From NCBI GenBank assembly GCA_018304425.1, contig JAGVWE010000002.1:416001-480000 (forward strand): a DNA stretch of 64,000 bases, read 5' to 3'. Position numbers and translations under genes: made by a program. Every line of letters starts with the position of its first letter. Positions within the stretch are counted from its first letter, which is position 1. The stretch comes from Candidatus Iainarchaeum sp. GTDB lineage: Archaea > Iainarchaeota > Iainarchaeia > Iainarchaeales > UBA10219. Positions 8,829 through 18,516 of this stretch are shown in pieces. The notes beneath the pieces were generated by a model. The model worked only from the letters and a program-made list of their open reading frames with translations. It ran no database searches and had not been told where the DNA came from.

Positions 8829-10004
8829 CTAGGGCAACCCCCTTTTGAACACGTTCACTACAACCGTTGCCCCGCTGCCGCCCACGTTGTGCGTGACGCC
8901 TATCTCGGCTCCCTTGACCTGGCGCTTGCCGGCCTTGCCCTGCAACTGCTGGACGACTTCCACAACCTGCTTGACCCCAGTGGCTCCCACCGGATGTCCG
9001 CAGGCCTTCAAGCCCCCCGAGGTGTTGACCGGTGTTTTCCCGTCAAAGTACGTCTGCCCCTGCTCAACCAAGCGGCCGGCCTTGCCGTTCCCGCACAAGC
9101 CCAGGTCCTCCATGGCCATGATTTCCGCAATCGTAAAGCAGTCATGCACTTCAACCAAGTCCAGGTCCTTTACCGTTATCTTGGCTTGGGCAAAGGCCTG
9201 GGTCTTTGCCAAGCGCGTGGCCTTGACGTGATGGAGCTCGCTCCGTTCCGCCAACGCCAGGGTATCCGATGCCTGCCCGCTGCCGGCAACGTACACGGGG
9301 GCTTCGCAATACTGTTTGGCGGTTTCCGCGTTGCACAGCACCACGGAGGCCGCGCCGTCCGTAATCGGCGAGCAGTCAAGCAGCGTCAGGGGCTCCGCCA
9401 CCATCATGCTCTTGTAAACGTCGTCCAGGGTTATTTCCTTCCGGTACTGGGCAATCGGGTTCCTCGCACCGTGGAAGTGGTTTTTTACGGCCACCGCGGC
9501 CAGCTGCTTTCGGCTCAACCCGAACTTGTTCATGTAGGCCTTTGCCATCAACGCGTAAAGCCCTGGGAAGGTGAACCCCTGGAACCCCTCCCATTCCTCG
9601 TCTCCCGCGCCCATCAAGCCCGTGGTAACGTGCTCCGTGGATACGTCGGTCATCTTTTCGACTCCGTTCACCAGCACCATGTCAGCCCTCCCGGATTCAA
9701 TGGCCATCAGGCCCTGCCGGAAGGCCAGGCTGCCAGACGCGCACGCGCCTTCCACGCGCGTGCTGGCCACATTCAGGTTGAGGATGCTGCTCGCCATGCC
9801 CCCCAGGTGCTCTTGTCCGGCAAATTCCCCCCCGCACATGTTGCCCGTGAAAATCATGTCCACCTTTTCCGGGTTGATGCGTGCATCGGCCAGGGCCTGC
9901 AGTTCCGCTTCGGCTAACAACTGCCGTAAACCCTTTTCCCACACCTCTCCAAACCGCGTGATGCCAACGCCAATCACGGCCACTTTTCGTTCAACCATAA
10001 GCAT
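8829..10004 (-). CDS. Archaeal acetoacetyl-CoA thiolase
   Basis: EGACASG catalytic Cys, EVHDCF, NTSGGLKACGHPVGATG, HNVGGSG. Confidence 0.95.
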   Translation of the reverse strand: MLMVERKVAVIGVGITRFGEVWEKGLRQLLAEAELQALADARINPEKVDMIFTGNMCGGEFAGQEHLGGMASSILNLNVASTRVEGACASGSLAFRQGLMAIESGRADMVLVNGVEKMTDVSTEHVTTGLMGAGDEEWEGFQGFTFPGLYALMAKAYMNKFGLSRKQLAAVAVKNHFHGARNPIAQYRKEITLDDVYKSMMVAEPLTLLDCSPITDGAASVVLCNAETAKQYCEAPVYVAGSGQASDTLALAERSELHHVKATRLAKTQAFAQAKITVKDLDLVEVHDCFTIAEIMAMEDLGLCGNGKAGRLVEQGQTYFDGKTPVNTSGGLKACGHPVGATGVKQVVEVVQQLQGKAGKRQVKGAEIGVTHNVGGSGATVVVNVFKRGLP

Positions 10005-10007
10005 CCC

Positions 10008-11051
10008 TTAGTGAATTTCCTCCATGTGCTTCGAGTACTGCGCGTACTCCAGGTAGGTCTTGCGTTTCATGTAGTCTTCGGTGCGCCGTGCCAGCCCCCT
10101 CCGTTCCTCGATCAAGGGCTTTACTTCCAGCACGAAGGCGTCGCTTCCGCTGCCGGAACCATAGGACACCACCAAAATCCGTGCCCCTGGCCTGGCCTTG
10201 TCCAGCACCTTCGTGAGGCCCAGCGGGCTGCACCCCGAGTAGGTGTTTCCAATGGCGGTCACGAGCAGCCCGTCCTTGTACTGTTCGGGCTTGAACCCGA
10301 GCTTGGCCGCGGCCGCGATCGGGAATTTCGCGTTCGGCATGTGGAACACCGCGTAGTCAAAGTCCGTTGGTTGTAAGTGGGTCTTGTCCAGCATGGCCTT
10401 GGTTGCCTGGAGGACATGCTTGAAGTAAGCCGGTTCCCCGGTGAAGCGGCCCGCATGCCTGGGGTGGGGGGACAGCCCGCGCCGCCAAAAGTCCGGCGTG
10501 TCACTGGTGAAGGAGCAGGTGTCCTTAATTTCCGCCAGCCACTCGCTTTCCTGGCTTCCCACAATAAAAGCCGCGCCGCCCGCCGCGGCACTGTACTCCA
10601 ATGCGTCGCCTGGAGCCGCCTGGGAGGTGTCCGCTCCAATGGCCAGGCCATATTTTATCATGCCACTCTGCACCAACCCCATGCACATCTGGAGGGCGGC
10701 GGTTCCCGCCTTGCACGCGAACTCGGTGTCAGCCGCCGTGTAATGGTTTCCGGCACCAATGGCTTCGCCCACGATTCCAGCCGTTGGCTTCACGGCATAG
10801 GGATGCGATTCCGAGCCCACGTAAATGGCTCCAAGGTCTTTGGGGTTGATCAGCGCGCGCGCCAGGGCGTTCCTTGCCGCCTCAACGGCAATCGTGGCCG
10901 TGTCTTCGTCCTTGCCTGGCACGCTTTTTTCCTGGATGCCCAAGCCGTCCACGATTCGCCGCGTGTCCGCGCCCCACACCCGGGCAATGGTTTCCGCCTT
11001 GATGCGGTACTTCGGGATATACGCCCCATACCCAACGATTCCGGCAGTCAT
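10008..11051 (-). CDS. mvaS: Archaeal hydroxymethylglutaryl-CoA synthase
   Basis: [19 protein letters not shown] catalytic Cys, FHMPN, GNTYSG, SYGSG. Confidence 0.96.
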   Translation of the reverse strand: MTAGIVGYGAYIPKYRIKAETIARVWGADTRRIVDGLGIQEKSVPGKDEDTATIAVEAARNALARALINPKDLGAIYVGSESHPYAVKPTAGIVGEAIGAGNHYTAADTEFACKAGTAALQMCMGLVQSGMIKYGLAIGADTSQAAPGDALEYSAAAGGAAFIVGSQESEWLAEIKDTCSFTSDTPDFWRRGLSPHPRHAGRFTGEPAYFKHVLQATKAMLDKTHLQPTDFDYAVFHMPNAKFPIAAAAKLGFKPEQYKDGLLVTAIGNTYSGCSPLGLTKVLDKARPGARILVVSYGSGSGSDAFVLEVKPLIEERRGLARRTEDYMKRKTYLEYAQYSKHMEEIH

Positions 11052-12337
11052 GAAAATGCCTCAACCAATTGTTTGGCGCGGTCAACGGTTATATTCTTTT
11101 CCTTTACCATGGCGTCAGCCACTCGGTCAATCAACTTGTTTGCCGCGCCGCCCAGTACCGCGATATTCTTGGCATGCAGCTTCATGTGGCCGCGCTGGAT
11201 GCCTTCCGTGGCCAGGGCCCGGATGGCGGCAAAGTTCTGGGCCAACCCGACCGAGGCCATGACCTCGCCGAGCTCGTGCGCGGTTTTCACGCCCAAGAGC
11301 TTGACGTTTATTTTCGCGATGGGATGGGTTTTCGTTGCGCCTCCCACCAAACCTACTGCCAGGGGTAACTCGATTTTTCCTTTTAAGTGGCCTTCCCGTG
11401 TTTTCTCGTAGCTGGTGAGGGTGGTGTACTTCCGGTTGTAAGCGGCATACGAGTGGGCTCCGGCTTCCACGGCGCGGAAGTCGTTGCCCGTGGCAACCGT
11501 TACCGCGTCGATGCCGTTCATGATGCCCTTGTTGTGCGTGGTTCCCCGGAACGGGTCCGCGGCGGCAAACGCCCAGGCATCCAGGACGGCTTCCACGACT
11601 TCCGCTCCTTTCAATCCCAGTTCCTTGACGCTTTCCGCCAGCACCTCTTTTGTCCACACGGCTTCCGCCCGGAACAACCTGAAAATCGCCAGATTGGAGA
11701 TGATGCGCAGCCTGACCTTTCCGCCTGTCAGTTCTTCAATTTTTGGCGCTATCCCCTCTGCCATCGTGTTAATCGAGTTCGCGCCCATGGCGTCGCGCAC
11801 GTCCACAATCAGGTGCACGATCAATTGCTTGCCGCGCACGGTGTCAATCACGCGTGCTTCCAGGTCCATGGCTCCGCCGCCGAACTGCTTCAAGCCGGGA
11901 AACACCTGGTTCGCATCGTTCACCAGTTCTTCTTTCTGGTCTTCCACGGCTTTCTTGGCCTTTGCCAGGTCCTTGACCTGCACGACCTGGATTTGGGCGA
12001 TCATCAGCGGCCCAGTAGAGCTGGCCGTGAAACCCCCGCTTGCGCGTGCCAGCTTGGCCGCGTAACTGGCCGCGGCCACGACGCTGGGTTCTTCCAGGGC
12101 CATGGGCACCAAATAATCCCTGCCGTTTACCTGGAAGTTAGTGGCCAAGCCCAGGGGCAGGGGCATGACGCCGTACACGTTTTCAATCATCTTGTCCGCC
12201 AGGGAAAACGCAAGGCAACCGGTTTGCTTGAGCAAGGCCGTTTCTTCTGGGGAGAGGCCGGCAACCGCGGCTATTTCTTCGAGCCGCTCGTCTTGGCTTT
12301 TCTTGTAGAACCCCTGCAATGCGGAACTCTTTGCCAT
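11048..12337 (-). CDS. mvaA: Class II HMG-CoA reductase
   Basis: [41 protein letters not shown]. Confidence 0.96.
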   Translation of the reverse strand: MAKSSALQGFYKKSQDERLEEIAAVAGLSPEETALLKQTGCLAFSLADKMIENVYGVMPLPLGLATNFQVNGRDYLVPMALEEPSVVAAASYAAKLARASGGFTASSTGPLMIAQIQVVQVKDLAKAKKAVEDQKEELVNDANQVFPGLKQFGGGAMDLEARVIDTVRGKQLIVHLIVDVRDAMGANSINTMAEGIAPKIEELTGGKVRLRIISNLAIFRLFRAEAVWTKEVLAESVKELGLKGAEVVEAVLDAWAFAAADPFRGTTHNKGIMNGIDAVTVATGNDFRAVEAGAHSYAAYNRKYTTLTSYEKTREGHLKGKIELPLAVGLVGGATKTHPIAKINVKLLGVKTAHELGEVMASVGLAQNFAAIRALATEGIQRGHMKLHAKNIAVLGGAANKLIDRVADAMVKEKNITVDRAKQLVEAFS

Positions 12338-12489
12338 AACGCCACCATCCCCTATGCTTGCAAAGTTAAATAGAAACCGGCTGGTAAACTACCTTTGCCC
12401 GCGCAACCTATTTAAAGCTTGCGTTGATTGTCCCCCAAAAAAACGGTGATTGTCTAACCTTGTCGTTTCGGGTCAAAGCCGTAGACAGC

Positions 12490-13488
12490 TTATGCCAGCG
12501 AGTAAAGCGTTTTCCGTGCATCGGCGGCGTGCGTGGCCTGTAGTACCAGGCCGTGGCCGATGAGGCCGTCTAGGGCGCGTCGCACGGTCCGGCCCGGTAA
12601 ACCTGTTTCCTGGATGAGTTCTTTTTGCGTGAGCTCGCCGCGGACTTCGAGGAGTTTGACGAGGAATTTCGCGCTGGGGCTCAGGTCCCTGGCTTCGGCA
12701 GGGTGTGCCTTTCGTTCTTCGAAGCGTTTGGCGAAGTAAATGGGTTTGCCCTTCAGGATGGTCAGGTCGTTGTCCACCGCGGTTCGCCGCTGGCCGTCCG
12801 CGATGAGTTCGCAGCCCCACAATTCGTGGAAGTTCTTGAGCTCGATTTTTGCGTGGTCTTCAACCACTAGGGGCCGCCGCGCGCGGTCCATGGAATTCAT
12901 GGAAACGATTTCAAGGGCTTTCGTCGTGGGCAGGATGTGGGGGCCCCAGGCCGACAACGCGTGGCCGGTGCTTCCCGTGGGCGTGGCCACCAGTACCCCG
13001 TCACTGGCCTCGTTCCACACCCGTTTTCCGTTCACGTACAAGTCGAATTCCATGTAGTGCCCGGGTTGTTTGGGCACCAGCAGGTATTCGTTCAGGGCCA
13101 GGGGCACGTTTCGGGGGGAGAGGGCTTGCAGCCGGGTTCGTTCTTCGACCCTGAACTTTCCTTGGAGGATGTCCGGGGAGTCCTTGTCGAAGTCGCGGAA
13201 GTTCCAGTCCATGAGGTAGCCTTTCTCGCCGCAGTTCACACCCAGCAAAGGGGATTTGTTCTTCGTGTGCCGGGCCGCGTACAGCATGGTTCCGTCTCCC
13301 CCGAACACAAGCGTCAAATCAACCTGGAATTCGTCGATGTCCACGGCCTTCTTGACCAGCGAAAAGCTGCGGTCCACCATGCAGGTCAGGCCGGCTTTTT
13401 CGAGGAGCCGGAGGGCGTGCAGGGCCCTTTTTTTGGCCAAATTGTTGGCGTAGTTGCCCACAATGCCAACGGCGTGTGGAACCGGCAT
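12490..13488 (-). CDS. nadK: NAD(+) kinase domain fused to a C-terminal MarR-like winged HTH
   Basis: GGDGT, LNE, DGVLVATPTGSTGH; tail DLSPSAK..LTQKELIQETGLPGRTVRRAL..L..GLV..DARKTLY. Confidence 0.88.
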   Translation of the reverse strand: MPVPHAVGIVGNYANNLAKKRALHALRLLEKAGLTCMVDRSFSLVKKAVDIDEFQVDLTLVFGGDGTMLYAARHTKNKSPLLGVNCGEKGYLMDWNFRDFDKDSPDILQGKFRVEERTRLQALSPRNVPLALNEYLLVPKQPGHYMEFDLYVNGKRVWNEASDGVLVATPTGSTGHALSAWGPHILPTTKALEIVSMNSMDRARRPLVVEDHAKIELKNFHELWGCELIADGQRRTAVDNDLTILKGKPIYFAKRFEERKAHPAEARDLSPSAKFLVKLLEVRGELTQKELIQETGLPGRTVRRALDGLIGHGLVLQATHAADARKTLYSLA

Positions 13489-13667
13489 AGAGACTATGGG
13501 GGGCCCGAAGAATAAAAACCCATCAGATTAGCGGCCATTTTTGCTGGCTTACATGCTTTTAAGGGGTTTTAGGTAGTTTCCTGCCGCCTTTTTTTGAGTG
13601 GTTTTTTCGTCGATTAATTAAGAATTTAAACGTTTGCGGGGTTTGTTTGCTTGGGGGGTTGCTCGGC

Positions 13668-16355
13668 ATGAAACGTTTTGCTTTCGCTTTTGAGGAGATG
13701 CGTGCTTCGCCTGAAACCGTTTTCTTGTTGGGAAACAAGGGCGCGCAACTCGCCGAGATGACCTCGATTGGTTTGCCGGTTCCCTTCGGTTTCACGATTT
13801 CCACGGATGCCTGCCGAGAGTTCTTCGCTGCCAAGGGCCAGTGGCCGAGCGGCTTGAAGGAGCAGGTGCGGGAAAAAATTGCCAGCCTGGAGAAAAAGGC
13901 CGGCAAGCAGTTTGGTTCCCGGGAAAACCCCCTGCTGGTTTCCGTGCGGTCAGGCTCTTATGTCTCCATGCCTGGCATGATGGACACGGTCTTGAACCTG
14001 GGTTTGAACGATGAAACCGTGCGGGGCCTGGCTACCCAGACCGGGAACGAGCGCATGGCTTTCGACTCTTATCGTAGGTTCATCCACATGTTTGCCGACG
14101 TGGTCATGGGCGTAAAACACGAACTGTTCGAGGAAGCCATCGCCGAACTCAAGCACAGCGTGAACGCGAAGTCGGACACCGACCTCTCCACTGGGCAGCT
14201 CCAGCAGCTCGTGGACCGGTATAAGGCCATCGTTACAGAATTCGCGGGGCAGTCTTTTCCGTCCGATGCCTGGGCGCAGCTGGAAATGGCGGTTTCCGCG
14301 GTCTTCCGCTCATGGTACAATGAGCGCGCCATCAAGTACCGGGAAATCAACAACCTGCGCCATGACGCGGGCACGGGTGTTACCGTGCAGTCCATGGTGT
14401 TCGGCAACATGGGAAACGACTCGGCCACCGGCGTTTGTTTCACGCGCAACCCGTCCACCGGGGCCAAGGAATTTTTCGGGGAGTTCCTCATCAATGCCCA
14501 GGGCGAAGATGTTGTTGCTGGCATCCGCACCCCCCAGCCCATCCAGGAGTTGGAGAAGTTCATTCCCTCTGCTTACCTGGAGCTGGTGCGCATTCAGGCC
14601 CTCCTGGAAACGCATTACAAGGATTTGCAGGACATCGAGTTCACGGTCGAGCACGGCAAGTTGTTCATGTTGCAGACCCGGGCAGGCAAGCGCACGGCGC
14701 AGGCCGCGGTCAGGGTCGCAGTGGACATGGTCAACGAGCGGCTCATTTCCCGGGAGGAAGCATTGTTGCTGGTAAAGGCCGAGCAGTTGGACAAGCTCTT
14801 GCACAAGCAACTGGATCCCGAGGCCAAGAAGAAGGCGCTGGTCATTGCCCGTGGCCTGCCGGCAAGCCCGGGCGCGGCGGTTGGCCAGGTCGTGTTTTCG
14901 GCGAGGAAGGTGGCGGAGCTCTTCAAGAAGGACAAGAATGCCCAGCTCATCTTGGTTCGGACGGAGACCAGCCCCGAGGACATTGAGGGCATGCACCTCG
15001 CGAAGGGCATCCTTACCGCGCGCGGGGGCCTCACTAGTCATGCCGCGGTCGTTGCGCGGGGCATGGGCAAGTGTTGCGTGGCGGGTTCCAACGACATCAT
15101 GGTCGAGGAAAAGAACAAGAAGTTCAAGGCCGGGGACTTGAACATCATGGAGTTGGAATGGGTTTCCCTGGATGGTTCGGCAGGCGAGGTTTACCTGGGC
15201 CAGTTGCCGGTTTCCGACCCCACGTTTTCCAAGGACTTCGAGATCCTCATGTCGTGGGCTGACAAGGTGCGTCGCCTGAAAGTCAGGGCCAACGCCGATA
15301 CCCCGGTTGACGCGCGGAAGGCGCGGGAGTTCGGTGCGCAGGGCATCGGCTTGTGCCGGACCGAGCACATGTTTTTTGAGAAGGGCCGCATTAAGGCGGT
15401 CAGGGAAATGATTGTGGCTCCTGACAAGGAGGGCCGGCTGAAGGCCCTGGCCAAGCTCCTGCCCTTCCAGAAAGGCGATTTCAAGGCCTTGTTCAAGGAG
15501 ATGAACGGCCTGCCCGTGGTTATTCGCCTCCTGGACCCGCCCCTGCATGAGTTCCTGCCGAAGAGCAAGAAGCAGTTGCTGGATCTGGCCGAAGAAATGG
15601 ATGTGCCCTACAAGAAGCTCCGCCGTGTCGTGAAGGGCTTGCACGAATGCAACCCCATGCTTGGGCATAGGGGCTGTAGGCTGGGATTGACGTACCCTGA
15701 AATAAACGAGATGCAGTGCAGGGCCGTTTTTGAAGCGGCTTTGGAGTGTGAGGCAGAAGGCTTTAGGCCCTTGCCTGAAATTGAGGTTCCATTGGTTGGT
15801 TTCGCGAATGAGTTGGTGGAAACCCGGAAAGTCATTGAACGCATTGCGCGGGAAACCGGGGTTGAAGGCAAAGTCCATTACAAGATTGGCACCATGATCG
15901 AGTTGCCGCGCGCCTGCGTGACCGCGGACGAGATCGCGCCCCACGCCGACTTCTTTTCCTTTGGCACCAATGATTTGACGCAGACCACCCTGGGTTTTTC
16001 GAGGGATGACGTCGGCAAATTCGTGCCCATTTTCCTGCAGCAGGGCATCCTGTCCAAGGACCCATTCCAGGTCATTGACCGGGAGGGAGTCGGAAAGCTC
16101 ATGCACACCTGCATCGAGAAGGGCCGTTCAGTCAAGCCTAGCCTCGAGGTTGGCATCTGTGGCGAGCACGGGGGGGAGGCGGAATCCGTGATGTTCTGCC
16201 ATGAACTGGGCTTGGATTACGTTTCTTGTTCGCCGTTCCGGATTCCCATCGCCCGCCTTGCCGCGGCGCAGGCCGTCATTCTCGAGGCCAAAGCCATTGA
16301 CGGAATAGGCGTCGTTAAACCCGTGGCCTCCCTGTCCCCCGTTGCCGAGCCCTGA
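13668..16355 (+). CDS. ppdK: Pyruvate, phosphate dikinase
   Basis: LGNKGA, SMPGMMDT, GEDVVAG, GGLTSHAAVVARG phospho-His, GLCRTEHMF, GTNDLTQ, GICGEHGG. Confidence 0.98.
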   Translation: MKRFAFAFEEMRASPETVFLLGNKGAQLAEMTSIGLPVPFGFTISTDACREFFAAKGQWPSGLKEQVREKIASLEKKAGKQFGSRENPLLVSVRSGSYVSMPGMMDTVLNLGLNDETVRGLATQTGNERMAFDSYRRFIHMFADVVMGVKHELFEEAIAELKHSVNAKSDTDLSTGQLQQLVDRYKAIVTEFAGQSFPSDAWAQLEMAVSAVFRSWYNERAIKYREINNLRHDAGTGVTVQSMVFGNMGNDSATGVCFTRNPSTGAKEFFGEFLINAQGEDVVAGIRTPQPIQELEKFIPSAYLELVRIQALLETHYKDLQDIEFTVEHGKLFMLQTRAGKRTAQAAVRVAVDMVNERLISREEALLLVKAEQLDKLLHKQLDPEAKKKALVIARGLPASPGAAVGQVVFSARKVAELFKKDKNAQLILVRTETSPEDIEGMHLAKGILTARGGLTSHAAVVARGMGKCCVAGSNDIMVEEKNKKFKAGDLNIMELEWVSLDGSAGEVYLGQLPVSDPTFSKDFEILMSWADKVRRLKVRANADTPVDARKAREFGAQGIGLCRTEHMFFEKGRIKAVREMIVAPDKEGRLKALAKLLPFQKGDFKALFKEMNGLPVVIRLLDPPLHEFLPKSKKQLLDLAEEMDVPYKKLRRVVKGLHECNPMLGHRGCRLGLTYPEINEMQCRAVFEAALECEAEGFRPLPEIEVPLVGFANELVETRKVIERIARETGVEGKVHYKIGTMIELPRACVTADEIAPHADFFSFGTNDLTQTTLGFSRDDVGKFVPIFLQQGILSKDPFQVIDREGVGKLMHTCIEKGRSVKPSLEVGICGEHGGEAESVMFCHELGLDYVSCSPFRIPIARLAAAQAVILEAKAIDGIGVVKPVASLSPVAEP

Positions 16356-16413
16356 AAAAGTGAGCCGGGCGCAGTCTTTTATAGGATGTATTTCCTACAT
16401 AGATGGGGTTTCG

Positions 16414-17724
16414 TTGGGTTTCTTGGACCGCTTTTTTGGCCGGATGGAACCGGTTCCGGACACTACTGCCATTTTGTTGCTCCCCGAATTCCTGGATTTC
16501 CTGGACAAGCGGGAGGCGGTCGAGTTCTCCGCATTGATGAAGCGGGTCTCGCCCAGGCTCAACGAGATTCAAACCGTTCAGGAAGAGTTGTCCAGGCAAT
16601 TGGATGATTTCAGGAAAAGGAACCTGGAACTTGAGGAAGGCCACACGCGGCTGCGCAAAATAGTGGAGAGTTCCAAGCGCGGCTTTCTTTTGGCCATGGA
16701 CACCGTGCTTGCGAAGACAAAGGTCCCAGATCTCGAAAATTTTGAGGCCGTGAAGGCCTTTGCCGCCGACTCGCTGGCGCTTCTTGAACGGGAAGTGGTT
16801 TCCTTTGGCAAGAACATCGTGTACACAGGCCTGGTCATGCGGCGCGAGTTGAAGGATTTCGGCAAGGCCCTTCAGGAATTCCAGTCCCTCCTGGTTGACC
16901 TCAACGGTTTGGTTGCCAAGTCAGCCCTCAACCAGGTCAGCCGGTGCCGGGCCGGGCTGAAAGACCTGCAAGCGTTGCTGGCCGAGCGCGGGAGCCTGAC
17001 CGAGAAGGCGGCCGCACTCGAAGCCCAATTAGCGGAACTACGGCAAAAAACGGATGACACTTCCCAAGAGCTTTCTCTGCTTAGGGCAAGCCCCGAGCTG
17101 GTGGAATGGGAGAAATTGGTCGGGCAGCGCGATGAACTCCTGGCCAGGCAAAGGGACTTGAAGAACCGGTTGGTGGGCTTGCTGGCCTTTGTCGACAAGC
17201 AACTCCGGCGGTTCTTGAAGCGGGTCCAGGCTGGGCATTACGGCTTGGACCCACGGCAGGCAAAGATCTTGGGCCTTTACCTGGAAAACCCCTTTGACGC
17301 CATCCGCGAGGACCCGGAGGCCAGGGAACTCAAGCGCCTGCTTTTGCAACTTAGGCCGCTGCTGGAAGCCGAGGACATCGGCGTAAAAGACGACCGAGAA
17401 CGTGAGCGAAAGCTTGCCACCTTGAACGAGCTAATTGCCCACGACTTTTTCACGGAAATCTTCTCGAAATTCAACGCCTTGGAAGCGGAGCTTTTCGCGC
17501 TCGGCCAACGACTTTCCGGCATGAAACTCGGCGACCAAATCATTGCCCGCGAGAAATGGCTGCATGGCCTTGAAGGCCTCAAGGCAAGTGCTGCTGAGGA
17601 GCTTTCCATGGTGCGTGCGCGCCTCACCGAAAATGAGGAACAGGTCATGCAGTGCAAGGGGCAAATAGAGACGCTGGTGCTTGCCGCCCTGCGCAGCCGC
17701 GTCATCCTCAAAGTGGACTTATAA
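16414..17724 (+). CDS. Long coiled-coil hypothetical protein
   Basis: Heptad-rich L/E/K/R sequence; probable TTG start giving MGFLDRFFG, downstream of a TTTTATA box. Confidence 0.75.
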   Translation: MGFLDRFFGRMEPVPDTTAILLLPEFLDFLDKREAVEFSALMKRVSPRLNEIQTVQEELSRQLDDFRKRNLELEEGHTRLRKIVESSKRGFLLAMDTVLAKTKVPDLENFEAVKAFAADSLALLEREVVSFGKNIVYTGLVMRRELKDFGKALQEFQSLLVDLNGLVAKSALNQVSRCRAGLKDLQALLAERGSLTEKAAALEAQLAELRQKTDDTSQELSLLRASPELVEWEKLVGQRDELLARQRDLKNRLVGLLAFVDKQLRRFLKRVQAGHYGLDPRQAKILGLYLENPFDAIREDPEARELKRLLLQLRPLLEAEDIGVKDDRERERKLATLNELIAHDFFTEIFSKFNALEAELFALGQRLSGMKLGDQIIAREKWLHGLEGLKASAAEELSMVRARLTENEEQVMQCKGQIETLVLAALRSRVILKVDL

Positions 17725-17743
17725 GCCAAGGTATAAGCCAAGG
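17720..17743. repeat. Tandem duplication (TATAAGCCAAGG)x2 spanning a stop codon
   Basis: Exact 12-bp tandem copy. Confidence 0.85.
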
Positions 17744-17756
17744 CCCTGGCCTGGCC

Positions 17757-18455
17757 TTACACCTGTTCAAAGAGGTCCTTGTTCGAAGCCACCAGGATAC
17801 CGTTCGGTGTGATTTCAATGGGGTGCAGCCTTTCCGCTATCTTCGTGTTCCGCATCTTGAGGATGGCCGTGCTCCGGACAAACCGGTCGTCTACCTTGGT
17901 GTGGTACAGCAGGATAACCCCGTCCGCGACATATTCTTCGAGGCCGTACAAGCTGGACTCCTTGTTGAGGCTGATTTCGTTCGTGATGACACTCGTTGCC
18001 CCAATCCGCTTCAGCATCTTGCCCAGGCCCAAGATGCGTTTCCTTGCATCCAATTCCCGTTCAAAGTAGAGCCTGAAAATGACTCCCGGGTCAATGACCA
18101 CGCGTTTGGCGTCGATTCGCGCTACGGTGTCCTCGATGGCGTCGCGCAGCTTGTCAAAATCGTACAATTCGATGGTGTTCACTTCGATCTTGTGGTCCTG
18201 GATGAGTTTCCGGAAGTCCCAGCCAAAGACCGAGCCCGTGTTCAGGATTTCTTCCTTGGTCTCCTCCAATGAGATGTATACGCCTGGCTCATTGAAATCA
18301 ACTACCCCGTTGTGGAGGAATTGGAGGCAAAAGATGGTCTTCCCGCTGCCTGGATCGCCGCTTAACACGATGAGGCTCCCCTTCGGGATGCCGCCATTGC
18401 AGAGCGCGTCAAATCCCGGAATGCCTGTTTGCGTCCGCTCGACCTCGACTTTCAT
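17757..18455 (-). CDS. Single-domain KaiC/GvpD/RAD55-family RecA-fold ATPase
   Basis: TGIPGFD, GDPGSGKT Walker A, YISLEE, EEYVADGVI, ILKMRNT. Confidence 0.93.
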   Translation of the reverse strand: MKVEVERTQTGIPGFDALCNGGIPKGSLIVLSGDPGSGKTIFCLQFLHNGVVDFNEPGVYISLEETKEEILNTGSVFGWDFRKLIQDHKIEVNTIELYDFDKLRDAIEDTVARIDAKRVVIDPGVIFRLYFERELDARKRILGLGKMLKRIGATSVITNEISLNKESSLYGLEEYVADGVILLYHTKVDDRFVRSTAILKMRNTKIAERLHPIEITPNGILVASNKDLFEQV

Positions 18456-18483
18456 GGAAACACATGAAACATTATTGTTTCCC

Positions 18484-18491
18484 TATATAAA
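18484..18491. promoter_or_regulatory. TATA box shared by the divergent kaiC-like and sugar-transferase genes; palindrome GAAACA-TTAT-TGTTTC at 18466-18481
   Basis: TATATAAA lies 28 nt and 25 nt from the two divergent ATGs. Confidence 0.55.
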
Positions 18492-18516
18492 GGTTTCTGG
18501 TAACCATTTGCTTGAA

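Noticed and set aside
8277-9917. 546-aa + strand ORF
   Set aside because: Antisense shadow of thiolase/DUF35/HAD
14310-16106. 598-aa antisense ORF
   Set aside because: Shadow frame of ppdK caused by GC-rich codon usage; no motifs
17757-18455. KaiC-like genes read as a circadian clock or as RadA/RadB
   Set aside because: Single domain, no KaiA/KaiB, no ST phosphosite pair; motifs fit the archaeal KaiC/RAD55-like family
18079-18516. N-terminal extension of the sugar transferase in the ORF track (similar extensions at 5928, 8524, 21166, 23558, 45727, 63151)
   Set aside because: Extensions overlap neighbouring genes; downstream starts fit promoters, RBS and domain boundaries
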